From positions 256,001 through 320,000 of the forward strand of contig JABCTZ010000036.1 in NCBI GenBank assembly GCA_018238155.1: DNA of 64,000 nt. Reading direction: 5' to 3'. The notes beneath the pieces are model-generated. The model was given only the letters and a program-made list of their open reading frames with translations. It did no database searches and was not told the DNA's origin. Position numbers and translations under genes: made by a program. Positions 10,327 through 19,826 of this stretch are shown one piece after another. Each line of letters opens with the position of its first letter. Positions within the stretch are counted from its first letter, which is position 1. This DNA is from Candidatus Heimdallarchaeota archaeon. Lineage in GTDB: Archaea > Asgardarchaeota > Heimdallarchaeia > JABLTI01.

Positions 10327-12447
10327 ATGTTATTAGAATCTGCAGCAATAATGAACTGGGCTATCCCATTTGCAGGTGCACTAATTACTCCTATTATCGG
10401 CTTTATTGCAGGTAAATTAAAGGAAGGGTCTCAAGCCCAAAACGTGCTCCGAACAATCAGAAATTGGATGGCTGCATTTACATCATTCGTTGCATTTGTT
10501 TTCACAATGTTATTAGTGGTTGATGTTTTCAATGGCCAAGGTGGAGAAGCATTCGTAACCAATTGGTTCTGGAACATAGGCGACAAACCTTTTGCCGCAG
10601 GATTCGGTGTCCTTGTAGACCCACTGACGGTCTTAATCGCAGCATTTGCCTCAGGCATTGGTTGCTTGATTATGATCTATGGTGTCAACTACATGAAAGA
10701 TGACAAGCATCTTGACCGCTACTGGTTCCTTATGCAGATGTTTATTGGCGGAATGATATTCTTAGTAATGTCAAATAATTTCCTTCAATCATTCGTCGGC
10801 TGGGAAATAGTTGGATTCTGCTCATATGCATTGATTGGATACTTCTTTACTAAAAAAGGTCCCCAAGATCCAAAAGAGTTTACCTTGAAAGAGGAAACAG
10901 AAGGTGACTATAATGCTCATGCTGGATTCAAAGCATTCATAACAACCAGAATAGGTGATGTTATGCTGCTCACCGGTATACTCATTGTTTTCGCTGTTGC
11001 TGGTACTTTCAGATATACTGAATTATTATCAGACTTTTCTTGGATCACTGCCCTTCATAACAAGAAGATTCTTGTCTTAACTGCAATCCTCATTTTCGGT
11101 GGACCAATCGGCAAATCCGCACAATTCCCATTGCAATTCTGGCTTCCAGAAGCTATGGCTGGCCCCACAACTGTTTCAGCACTTATTCATGCTGCAGCAA
11201 TGGTCAAAGCCGGTGTCTTTATGGTTGTTAGAACCTACCCAATGTGGTACCTCGGATTACACGATCTACATATCGAAAATCTCCAAATCTACTTTATCTT
11301 TGTAGCTGCAATTGGTGGTTTCACCGCTCTTATGGCAGCGACAATGGGTACGTCCGCAACTGAATTGAAGAAAGTTCTCGCTTTCAGCACAGTGTCCCAA
11401 CTTGGTTACATGTTTATGGGATTGGGTGTTGGTGGCTTAATAGAACCAGTAGGCGGAGTCATGGGATACAACGGCTATTTTGCCGGCTCATTCCATATGC
11501 TCTCTCATGCTATCTTCAAAGCTTTACTGTTCCTTGCAGCTGGAGCTGTCATTCACGCCGTTCATACGAAATATATCGATGAAATGGGTGGTCTTCGCAA
11601 AGACATGCCAAAGGTCTTTTGGCCTATGCTTATCGGTGGTTTATCCTTAGCTGGTCTTCCTCCATTAGGAGGGTTCTTCAGCAAAGAATCAATCTTCGGT
11701 GCATGTTGGCATCTCGGAGAAGAAGGCAACATTGTAGGATGGATATTTTTAGTCGTCGGTGCAGTAGCTGCTGCTATGACATTCTTCTATACGATTAGAT
11801 TCTTGAGCCATACATTTGGCGGAGAGAAAACGGAGCATGTTAAGCACGCAGAAAAAGAACAAGGTGGTCACTTACACAAGTCATCAGCATTGCTTTGGGT
11901 TCCTTTAGTAATCCTTGCAGTTGGTACTATTGTAATTGGTTGGCTTGCACCTGTGGTTGAATTATTCATGAGCAAGAATGACTGGTTTGCAGCAGCAACT
12001 AACTTTACCGTAGCAGATTATCATATCCACTATGGTGAATCTTTGTTACATGCTTTTGGATCATGGACTTCTTTGATAACGCTAGGTGTTTTGTTAGCAG
12101 GTGGTATACCAGCTTACTTCTTATTCATAAGAAAACAATGGGACACCAAAGAAATACTCAAGAAGAACAAGTTTGTAAACGGTATCTACACCTTCTTCTA
12201 CAAGAGATGGTACATGAACCATGCAATCTATTGGTGTTTAAGAAAGTTCAAAGTACTAGCCGAATGGTTATACGAGAACTTTGACTTGAAAGTAATAGAC
12301 AAATCAAACTACTTAATCGCAGCTGGAACAATGAAATCGGGAGAAGTGTTCAGGAAGACCCACACGGGTATTCTTTCAGTGAACTTTCTTTACATGTTAT
12401 TAGGAGCAATAATCCTAATCGCAGTATTATTATTCATTCCATTCTAG
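10327..12447 (+). CDS. nuoL: NuoL-like antiporter-type subunit
   Basis: FVGWEIVGFCSYALIG, KAFITTRIGD, GKSAQFPLQFWLPEAMAGPT, HAIFKALLFL and a C-terminal lateral-helix region. ATG 10327 fits the GGAG SD better than 10315. Confidence 0.92.
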   Translation: MLLESAAIMNWAIPFAGALITPIIGFIAGKLKEGSQAQNVLRTIRNWMAAFTSFVAFVFTMLLVVDVFNGQGGEAFVTNWFWNIGDKPFAAGFGVLVDPLTVLIAAFASGIGCLIMIYGVNYMKDDKHLDRYWFLMQMFIGGMIFLVMSNNFLQSFVGWEIVGFCSYALIGYFFTKKGPQDPKEFTLKEETEGDYNAHAGFKAFITTRIGDVMLLTGILIVFAVAGTFRYTELLSDFSWITALHNKKILVLTAILIFGGPIGKSAQFPLQFWLPEAMAGPTTVSALIHAAAMVKAGVFMVVRTYPMWYLGLHDLHIENLQIYFIFVAAIGGFTALMAATMGTSATELKKVLAFSTVSQLGYMFMGLGVGGLIEPVGGVMGYNGYFAGSFHMLSHAIFKALLFLAAGAVIHAVHTKYIDEMGGLRKDMPKVFWPMLIGGLSLAGLPPLGGFFSKESIFGACWHLGEEGNIVGWIFLVVGAVAAAMTFFYTIRFLSHTFGGEKTEHVKHAEKEQGGHLHKSSALLWVPLVILAVGTIVIGWLAPVVELFMSKNDWFAAATNFTVADYHIHYGESLLHAFGSWTSLITLGVLLAGGIPAYFLFIRKQWDTKEILKKNKFVNGIYTFFYKRWYMNHAIYWCLRKFKVLAEWLYENFDLKVIDKSNYLIAAGTMKSGEVFRKTHTGILSVNFLYMLLGAIILIAVLLFIPF

Positions 12448-12461
12448 GAGGAAAAAAGTAA

Positions 12462-13985
12462 ATGTTTCAATACACACTAGTAGTTGCAATCTTTACCCTT
12501 CTCATTTCACCAATATTGGTATTCGTACTAGGAAAGTGGAATGAACACGTTGCAAAATGGACAGCATTCGGTGCAGTACTAACTTCAGCAATATTTGCTC
12601 TCTTAACAGTAGGAGATGTATTACTTCTCGGAGCATATACGGATAATTTAGGTGGCTTTACACTAGATTTGGGAGTAAAAGCTCTCTCTATTAATTTCAT
12701 TCTAGTGGCAGATTCACTAAGTCTTCCCATAGCTGGAGCAATCTATGTCCTCGCACTCGCTGTAATAATGTACAGCTTCGGTTACATGAAAGAACATAAG
12801 AATTTGGGACTCTATTATGCGCTCTTAGTTCTCTATGTTGCAGGAATGATCGGAGTAGTATTCGCAGGCGACCTAGCTTATTTCTATGTCTTCTGGGACT
12901 TGATGTTAATACCATCATACTTCATAATCGCGAACTGGGGTTCAAAACCAAACTCAGTGAAGATTGCATTCAAGTACTTCATCTTTACACATGTAGGTGC
13001 TATGGCAATTCTCATCGGTATTGGTGGACTCTGGGCATTCTCAGATTTCGGAGTAACAGGTGGTGCATTAACAATGGCTGGATTTACTCTCAGCAGCGGC
13101 ATCGCATCATCAACAATAAGATTGTTGACTTTGCTCTTCATAGTAGGATTTTCCGTCAAAATGGCGATATTCCCACTTCATACGTGGTTGCCAGATACTC
13201 ACGGTGAAGCCCCCACACCCATAAGTGCTATCTTATCCGGTGTAATGATTCAAACGGCAGCATATGCTATACTTCGGATCTGCACAGATATTATTGGCGT
13301 AGATGGTATGGGCGGATGGATGCGTTGGTTATTGATTGGCTTTGCTGTATTCACTATGTTATACGGCGGCATCATGGCAATAGCACAAAAGGATACCAAA
13401 AGACTCTTCGCGTACTCATCTATTTCGCAGATGGGCTACATCTTCTTCGGACTTGCCACCTTTACATCATTTGGTGCAACAGGTTCTATGTTTCACATCA
13501 TCAGCCACTCGCTCGCGAAAGGATCCTTGTTTTTGGTAGCAGGAATACTCATGACCCAAGTCGGTCATCACAAAGGACGTGAAATCAAGAAACTAGGCGG
13601 TCTTGGATTAAAGATGCCTATTACCGCAATTGTTGCTATGGTAGCAGCACTAAGCCTTGCAGGAACTCCACCGCTGGCAGGATTTATGTCAGAATGGATA
13701 ATCTTCTCAGGTGGCTTAGCCGCAAACGATACATTAGGAATTATAGCAGTAATATTTGCTATTCTCTCAACGGCTTTAACAGCGACTTATGTTCTTCTCT
13801 TCTTGAAGGATGTATTTTTGGGACCAGTAAAAGAGGAATACAAAGATGTCACAGATCCAAGTCCATATATGTGGGTACCCTTGGTTGTCATGGCAATCTT
13901 AAGCCTCGTAATTGGTATATTCCCAAAGAGTGCACTAATTTTCATTACAAATTATGTTGCACCATTATTCGCCGGAGGTTCATAA
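12462..13985 (+). CDS. nuoM: NuoM-like antiporter-type subunit
   Basis: [43 protein letters not shown]. Confidence 0.9.
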   Translation: MFQYTLVVAIFTLLISPILVFVLGKWNEHVAKWTAFGAVLTSAIFALLTVGDVLLLGAYTDNLGGFTLDLGVKALSINFILVADSLSLPIAGAIYVLALAVIMYSFGYMKEHKNLGLYYALLVLYVAGMIGVVFAGDLAYFYVFWDLMLIPSYFIIANWGSKPNSVKIAFKYFIFTHVGAMAILIGIGGLWAFSDFGVTGGALTMAGFTLSSGIASSTIRLLTLLFIVGFSVKMAIFPLHTWLPDTHGEAPTPISAILSGVMIQTAAYAILRICTDIIGVDGMGGWMRWLLIGFAVFTMLYGGIMAIAQKDTKRLFAYSSISQMGYIFFGLATFTSFGATGSMFHIISHSLAKGSLFLVAGILMTQVGHHKGREIKKLGGLGLKMPITAIVAMVAALSLAGTPPLAGFMSEWIIFSGGLAANDTLGIIAVIFAILSTALTATYVLLFLKDVFLGPVKEEYKDVTDPSPYMWVPLVVMAILSLVIGIFPKSALIFITNYVAPLFAGGS

Positions 13986-13989
13986 AACA

Positions 13990-15507
13990 ATGAATGTATT
14001 CTGGATACTCCCAATACTTATACCACTTGTTGGTGCAGCATTAATTGGTATACTTGGAAAAATAGCTCGCAAAGAATCAGCTAGCTGGAATTTAGCTTAT
14101 GCAGTAATCGCTAATGTTTGTTTATTAGCAGTTCTCGGAATTCTAATATCATTCCACACTTCATTAGGCTCTATTGTCAGCACTGAACTTAGTTGGAACA
14201 TTGGACCTGATGTAGGTGCAACTTTCAAAATGGACCATTTAACTTGGTGGTTAGTACTAATATTCGCCATCTTGGGTTCTGTCGTATCAATCTACAGCAT
14301 CAAGTATATGGATCACGACGATCGTATCGACCGATACTATCTTCTCTTACTCATACTTGTAGCAGGAATGATTGGTGTGATCATGTCAGGTGACATGTTA
14401 ACATTGTTTATCTTCTGGGAAACGATGAGCATAGCAAGCTATGTTCTTGTTGCTTTCAGAAAAGAACAACCAGAACCAATCGAAGCAGGTATCAAGTACC
14501 TCTTCATGTCTGCTTTTGGAAGTGTAATGATCCTCTTCGGAATGTCCTTAGCTTACGGAATCACTGGAACACTAAACATCGCTTCTATTGGTACTATCAT
14601 TGCAACCAAATTTGCTAGTGGTCTCTCTGGAGTTCACTACATAATTATTGCAAGTCTTATCATTGGTTTCGGTGTCAAAGCAGCAATCGTTCCATTACAC
14701 ACATGGTTGCCTGATGCACACCCCGCAGCTCCCAGCGGAATTTCCGCTATGTTGTCAGGTGTTGTCATCATGACAGGTATGTACGGTATGATCTACACTC
14801 TAACATCCTTCTTCCGACCTTCTGGAACAAACATAGGCTTTATCCTTCTCTGGATAGCAGTTATTACTATGGTTGTTGGAAACCTCCTCGCTTTACGACA
14901 AAACGATCTCAAGCGTTTGCTTGCGTTCTCTACAGTTCTCAACGTAGGTTTCATACTCTTCGGTCTTTCTATGGCCCTTACAGGCATTGACCAAGATGTA
15001 GCTCTCATAAGCGTTCAAGGTGGATGGTTCCACATCTTTACTCACGCCCTTGGTAAGGGATTAGCTTTTCTTGCCGCCGGAGCGATTATCTATCGCATCG
15101 AAGATCGTGGTTTAGATCGCATGGAAGGCATCGGTAGAAAGATGCCCTGGACAATAACGGCTCTCACGGTAGCTCTTTTGAGTCTTGCTGGTGTGCCTCC
15201 TCTTCCAGGCTTCTGGTCCAAGCTAAGCATTGTAATTGCAGCTGTTAGCTCTGGTAACTGGCAATATTATGTTGGAATAGTTCTATTCCTACTCTCTAGC
15301 GTCATCTCAGTAGTTTATTATTTGATTGTTCTACAGAAACTTTGGTTCAGCGAAACCAAAGAACATCTCAAGGATGTCAAAGAAACACCTATTGAAATTC
15401 TAATACCATTATACGTATTAGTTGTCGTGATGATTATTGTTAGTATCATTCCAGGCCGATTTGAAATGTTGGCCAAGCAAGCTGCTGAAACGGCAATGTT
15501 ACTGTAA
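13990..15507 (+). CDS. nuoN: NuoN/MrpD-like antiporter-type subunit
   Basis: [41 protein letters not shown] 13990 follows GGAGGT; the track start 13954 overlaps nuoM. Confidence 0.88.
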   Translation: MNVFWILPILIPLVGAALIGILGKIARKESASWNLAYAVIANVCLLAVLGILISFHTSLGSIVSTELSWNIGPDVGATFKMDHLTWWLVLIFAILGSVVSIYSIKYMDHDDRIDRYYLLLLILVAGMIGVIMSGDMLTLFIFWETMSIASYVLVAFRKEQPEPIEAGIKYLFMSAFGSVMILFGMSLAYGITGTLNIASIGTIIATKFASGLSGVHYIIIASLIIGFGVKAAIVPLHTWLPDAHPAAPSGISAMLSGVVIMTGMYGMIYTLTSFFRPSGTNIGFILLWIAVITMVVGNLLALRQNDLKRLLAFSTVLNVGFILFGLSMALTGIDQDVALISVQGGWFHIFTHALGKGLAFLAAGAIIYRIEDRGLDRMEGIGRKMPWTITALTVALLSLAGVPPLPGFWSKLSIVIAAVSSGNWQYYVGIVLFLLSSVISVVYYLIVLQKLWFSETKEHLKDVKETPIEILIPLYVLVVVMIIVSIIPGRFEMLAKQAAETAMLL

Positions 15508-15550
15508 AACAAAATCGTTTACAAAATATAGAATTGCATGAAGTTTTTCT

Positions 15551-16720
15551 TCATGCGTTCAACTCTTTTTTTCTCTCTTTTCTTTGCCATTTCCATTTGA
15601 TTGTTTTTGTAGATAGAATTACCAATATTCCTCCAATGATGCCCGGTATAAGTACATTGAAGAATGTTTGTAGAATTGAAAGATTAATTGAAGCCGCATT
15701 GAATGAATCTGTAGTCATATTATTGTTTACAATCAGTAGTCCTAATAACACTCTAATAACCATATCTCGCACACCAATTCCACTAATGCTTATAGGAATA
15801 GCCATTGCAGAAATTGCTGCAACACATAAAACCGCTATAACGATTAATGGATTCTGTACAGAATTGAAGATTTCAATTTCAAATGCTTCTAATAAAATGC
15901 ATCCTTGTAGACCCAACAAAACCCAAAAAGTAACTGAAAGAGCAGCTAAAAGAATGTACTGCGACCATTGGTAATTCTTCTGGTGTTCATAAAAATCAGT
16001 AATTATTTCTTGAGAAGTTAACTCTATCTTGTTCTTTGCATTCTTTTTCTTGAACATTTTTGAAAGGTATTTTAGTATGAAATTTAGAATTGGTTTTGAT
16101 ATTTTTTCATTAAAAACTACTGCGATTAAACCAATGAATATTAGAAATCCAACACCAATAGCTCCTGGTATCCACCAAACAATTGAAGTAAATTCTAGTT
16201 TCATTATAGCTACTGGAACAGTAATACCTACAATGATGAATATTCCTGTTAAATCTAACAATCGATCAAATATAACAGAAAAAACCGATAAACCCATTTT
16301 GATTTCCTTTTGTTCTTTTGAGAGATACACTGCTCGTAAAACATCACCTATTTTTGCTGGAGTAATACTTGATCCAAAGGAACCTATAAGCACTAATCTC
16401 ATTGCTTGAAAGAAATGTATACTGTATCCGTGAGGTTTAAAAACTAGTTGCCATCGAATAGTTTTGATGATAAACAATAAGAAAGTACAACCTATTGCTC
16501 CAAAAATGAGTGCGATATTTGCATTTACTAAAGATTGTAAGATTAATTTTGAATCACTACTTAGTATCAAGTAGGTCATTAGTCCTAATGCGACAGTAAT
16601 ACCAAGAGCGAATTTCCAATATTTTTTCACTAGTAACTTTATTTGAGAGTCTTCACGCCTTTCATCTGGTTGTTGTTCATATATCTCTACTCTTTCAAAT
16701 TGGATGTTTTTTTCCGTCAA
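15551..16720 (-). CDS. Lysylphosphatidylglycerol-synthase-TM / flippase-like membrane protein (UPF0104 family)
   Basis: IRWQ, ITPAKIGDVLRAVYL, DRLLD, PISISGIGVRD; multiple TM helices. Confidence 0.85.
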   Translation of the reverse strand: MTEKNIQFERVEIYEQQPDERREDSQIKLLVKKYWKFALGITVALGLMTYLILSSDSKLILQSLVNANIALIFGAIGCTFLLFIIKTIRWQLVFKPHGYSIHFFQAMRLVLIGSFGSSITPAKIGDVLRAVYLSKEQKEIKMGLSVFSVIFDRLLDLTGIFIIVGITVPVAIMKLEFTSIVWWIPGAIGVGFLIFIGLIAVVFNEKISKPILNFILKYLSKMFKKKNAKNKIELTSQEIITDFYEHQKNYQWSQYILLAALSVTFWVLLGLQGCILLEAFEIEIFNSVQNPLIVIAVLCVAAISAMAIPISISGIGVRDMVIRVLLGLLIVNNNMTTDSFNAASINLSILQTFFNVLIPGIIGGILVILSTKTIKWKWQRKERKKELNA

Positions 16721-16773
16721 GTTAAACCCTTAAACAAGTCTTTTTCTGTCAATTCTACATCCATATTTTCCTT

Positions 16774-17793
16774 TCATGGGCTAAAGATTTCCGCTGAACT
16801 AAATTCTCTCTCAATCAATTTCTCGCTTGCGAGGAGTTTGCCATAGTTAACATCTTCCCAATATTGTGTGAAATCTTCTACAGCATCATAAATCGTTTTC
16901 TTGGGATGGTAGCCTAATAATCGTTTAGCTTTTCCAATATCTGCAAAAGTATCTTTTACATCTGCCTTGTTCATTTCACTATATTCTAGAATGGGTTCGA
17001 TGTCAGTTACTTCAGCTACAATGGCAAGAACTTCATTTACTGAAATCCTCGTTCCAGCACCTACATTGAATATTTGATGTTTTGCTTTTGGCATTGTTGC
17101 TGCTAAATGAAATGCTTGAACAATGTTTCCAACATGGGTCCAATCTCTAGTCTGATTTCCATTGCCAAAAATATTGATAGTTTCTCTATTTAGCACTCTT
17201 GAAATGAAAATATTAATAGCCATATCTGGGCGTTGCCGTGCTCCAACAACAGTAAATGGTCGAAGAATAGTGGTATCAAATTCAGGATAGAGATGATTGC
17301 ATACTGTTACTAATTTTTCACTCGTTAGTTTTGAAACACCATAAAAGCTAATAGGTTCTGTTGAATGCTCCTCATCCATTGGCATGTATTGAGTGGCACC
17401 GAAAACAGAAGAACTGCTAGTGATAACTGCTTTTCTAACATCATTCTCTCGAGACACAGAAAGAACGTTAGATGTTCCTTCCACATTTATTCTTAAAGCC
17501 ATTTCAGGATTTTCAGTTGAATACCGTACTCCAGGTTGTGCTGCTAAATGAATGACCGTCTCAATTTTATTTTTATGAATTGCTTTCACTAATTGTTTCT
17601 TAGAGAGAATATTTCCTTCAACAATTGTGCCACCTAGATCTTCAACATCTCTAGCATTTCTCCATTTCAAATATGGCGAATAGTAATCAGAAAAGCTATC
17701 GTAAATCGTTACTTTTTCATCCATTCCGAGAAGATATTTTGCTAAATGATGTCCAATAAATCCTGCACCACCTGTTATCAAGAAATTAGTCAA
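16774..17793 (-). CDS. NAD-dependent nucleotide-sugar epimerase/dehydratase (UDP-glucose/glucuronate 4-epimerase-like)
   Basis: ITGGAGFIG, HLAAQPGVRYS, SSSSVFG, YGVSK, RQRPDMA. Confidence 0.9.
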   Translation of the reverse strand: MTNFLITGGAGFIGHHLAKYLLGMDEKVTIYDSFSDYYSPYLKWRNARDVEDLGGTIVEGNILSKKQLVKAIHKNKIETVIHLAAQPGVRYSTENPEMALRINVEGTSNVLSVSRENDVRKAVITSSSSVFGATQYMPMDEEHSTEPISFYGVSKLTSEKLVTVCNHLYPEFDTTILRPFTVVGARQRPDMAINIFISRVLNRETINIFGNGNQTRDWTHVGNIVQAFHLAATMPKAKHQIFNVGAGTRISVNEVLAIVAEVTDIEPILEYSEMNKADVKDTFADIGKAKRLLGYHPKKTIYDAVEDFTQYWEDVNYGKLLASEKLIEREFSSAEIFSP

Positions 17794-17922
17794 TTTTTGT
17801 CAGCTCTTTAAGTGAATTCAACCTATCACTTGGGAATTTCTTATTTAAAGAGCTAACTGACAAAAATAGTACTCGAAATACTAAAAAAAAGAGTAAATGT
17901 GAGGAAAGTTTTACGAAACGGT

Positions 17923-18699
17923 TCATTCTGGATCGTAAGCTTTATCTAAAGCCTCACCAATACGACAATTTTCACCTGCATTCATTTTCGGACAAATGAC
18001 TTTTTCGGCGATTACATAATCAATATCAATTTTGTTTTGTGAGATAATTTCCTTCACACGTAGATAAGCGACATTTCTTGCTTTTTCATCAATGTCTATT
18101 TTTATTTTTTTGGCTTGTAATTTTCCATTGATAAATGATGGTCCTGATATCTTTAGTTCGAAACTTTCGCACTCGACATCTTCATCTACTTCAATTGACC
18201 CTCGTGCGATAATCGATTTCTCAACTTTAATATTCCTTTTTGAAGTGAACCCACCAATTGCTATCAGATTTTCCGCTTCAATTTTACGATCTGATACAAG
18301 TCCACCTTCTACTTCAATTAGTCCATCAACTTTTATTTCTCCACCTGCTTTCACTCCACCTTTAACCTCAAGAGTTGCAGCTTTTATTCCTTCGCCAACA
18401 TTTACTCCACCAGATACTACAATTTCTCTTCCTTGAAATTTTCCCCCAGCAGTTACTCCTCCTTCAATATTGACTTCATATTCAGCAATGATATCTGAAC
18501 CTACGGTAATTCCACCCAAAACTTCGATATCATTAGCCCAGAGGCTGCCATCAATTTTAATTGACCCTTTTACATTCACATCATTTGCGTTTAGACTTCC
18601 TTTGCAAGTCAATCCACCTAAGATACGTACTTGATCAAAATCTCCATCGCCAGATATTATTGTTCCGGCTAATCCTTTTAGGTCAGGTTTTTTACTCAT
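17923..18699 (-). CDS. Bactofilin-like (polymer-forming cytoskeletal) beta-helix protein
   Basis: Long run of Gly/Val/Ile beta-helix repeats (e.g. IEVLGGITVGSDI, LEVKGGVKAGGEI) ending in GENCRIG, like long Bacillus-type bactofilins. ATG 18699 follows an AGGTG SD. Confidence 0.65.
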   Translation of the reverse strand: MSKKPDLKGLAGTIISGDGDFDQVRILGGLTCKGSLNANDVNVKGSIKIDGSLWANDIEVLGGITVGSDIIAEYEVNIEGGVTAGGKFQGREIVVSGGVNVGEGIKAATLEVKGGVKAGGEIKVDGLIEVEGGLVSDRKIEAENLIAIGGFTSKRNIKVEKSIIARGSIEVDEDVECESFELKISGPSFINGKLQAKKIKIDIDEKARNVAYLRVKEIISQNKIDIDYVIAEKVICPKMNAGENCRIGEALDKAYDPE

Positions 18700-18908
18700 T
18701 TTAAACACCTATTTTTCTAATTGTCTATTTAATTCACTTTGTTATGGTTAGCTTTTCTTGAATAAAAATTAATCGAATTGTAGTTCTCTTTTAAATAGTT
18801 TTTTTTTCATAAAACGATTGAAGGTTTTTTTGAACCAATTACTTTAAAAACTTGGAGAATATTAAATTTATATTTACTTTAAAAAAGACTTTAAAATACG
18901 GTGAAGCA

Positions 18909-19658
18909 ATGCACTTTTACAACCCAACAAATTATGCATATCTTATTGGTGGTATTGTATCAATCATTGTTAGTATTTTAATTTTAACAAAAGATATTCG
19001 ACTTCCACTTAACATTCTATTAGCAACTACACTGTTCTTCTTTGGTATTTCGTTGTTGTTCAATGCTTTAACTTATCTTTTTACTACAATTGACCATGTA
19101 GGTGTGCAAATTATTCGAGATGTTTCCACAATTAGTGGTGGAATTGGTTCATTTCTTGCATTTATTACTGCTTTTACAATGTACAAGGGATTACACTATC
19201 TCAAAAAATGGCTCTTTATCATTCCAATTATAGTATTATGTATAGTAGATGTTACGATAGGAGCAATTTTTGATTATGTAGATACTGACAAAGTTTTGGG
19301 AGGAGTAAAAACAACTCAACCACTTTGGGTTATGATTTTTCTCTATGGGATACCGGTTATAATGCTAATTTTTAGCATCATCAATTTTTACCTTACAAGA
19401 AGAGAGGTAGAAGAGCAAATAATTAAAAAACGAATTTTATTTTTTATTCTTGGATTTTTCTTTCTGATTTTAGGTGTTCTGATATATGCCGTGTTTGGTA
19501 TTATAGAACAAGTTTTCGATTATCAATCTCAAACAGTGGAATACATAACTTGGATTTTTGCTTCACTCTCTTGGTGTGTAGGTCCCATACTAATGCTTGT
19601 GGGCTTTTATACTGGAAAATTCAGCAAAAATTCCACAGAAGAGATACAAGTTCTATAA
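18909..19658 (+). CDS. Stand-alone seven-transmembrane protein (HisKA_7TM-like)
   Basis: Seven hydrophobic helices and no output domain. ATG 18909 follows GGTGA. Confidence 0.6.
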   Translation: MHFYNPTNYAYLIGGIVSIIVSILILTKDIRLPLNILLATTLFFFGISLLFNALTYLFTTIDHVGVQIIRDVSTISGGIGSFLAFITAFTMYKGLHYLKKWLFIIPIIVLCIVDVTIGAIFDYVDTDKVLGGVKTTQPLWVMIFLYGIPVIMLIFSIINFYLTRREVEEQIIKKRILFFILGFFFLILGVLIYAVFGIIEQVFDYQSQTVEYITWIFASLSWCVGPILMLVGFYTGKFSKNSTEEIQVL

Positions 19659-19826
19659 AAACAAAAGGATCTTTTTTGTTTCCAATTTAGAATCTAAATT
19701 ATTGTCTATTAATTTCTTCAATAGTATAATTGGAACACTTTATAAATATTTGAGAGGTATAGTAATATGTGCTTGCAAGTGTTCAACTTGTCTTGCTAGA
19801 AAAATAGCCTAAACGGTGAAATTATT

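Noticed and set aside
5020-15507. NADH:quinone oxidoreductase (complex I) or Fpo
   Set aside because: The D-like subunit has both Ni-binding CxxC motifs, the B-like subunit has CxxC, and no NuoEFG/FpoF genes are present.
15534-16409. Plus-strand ORFs of 146 and 126 aa, and the many other 60-140-aa ORFs nested in or antisense to long genes
   Set aside because: They overlap confident CDSs and have no recognisable features; treated as shadows.
18909-19658. Microbial rhodopsin/heliorhodopsin
   Set aside because: No retinal-binding Lys motif in the middle of helix 7 and no RYxDW-like helix 3 motif.
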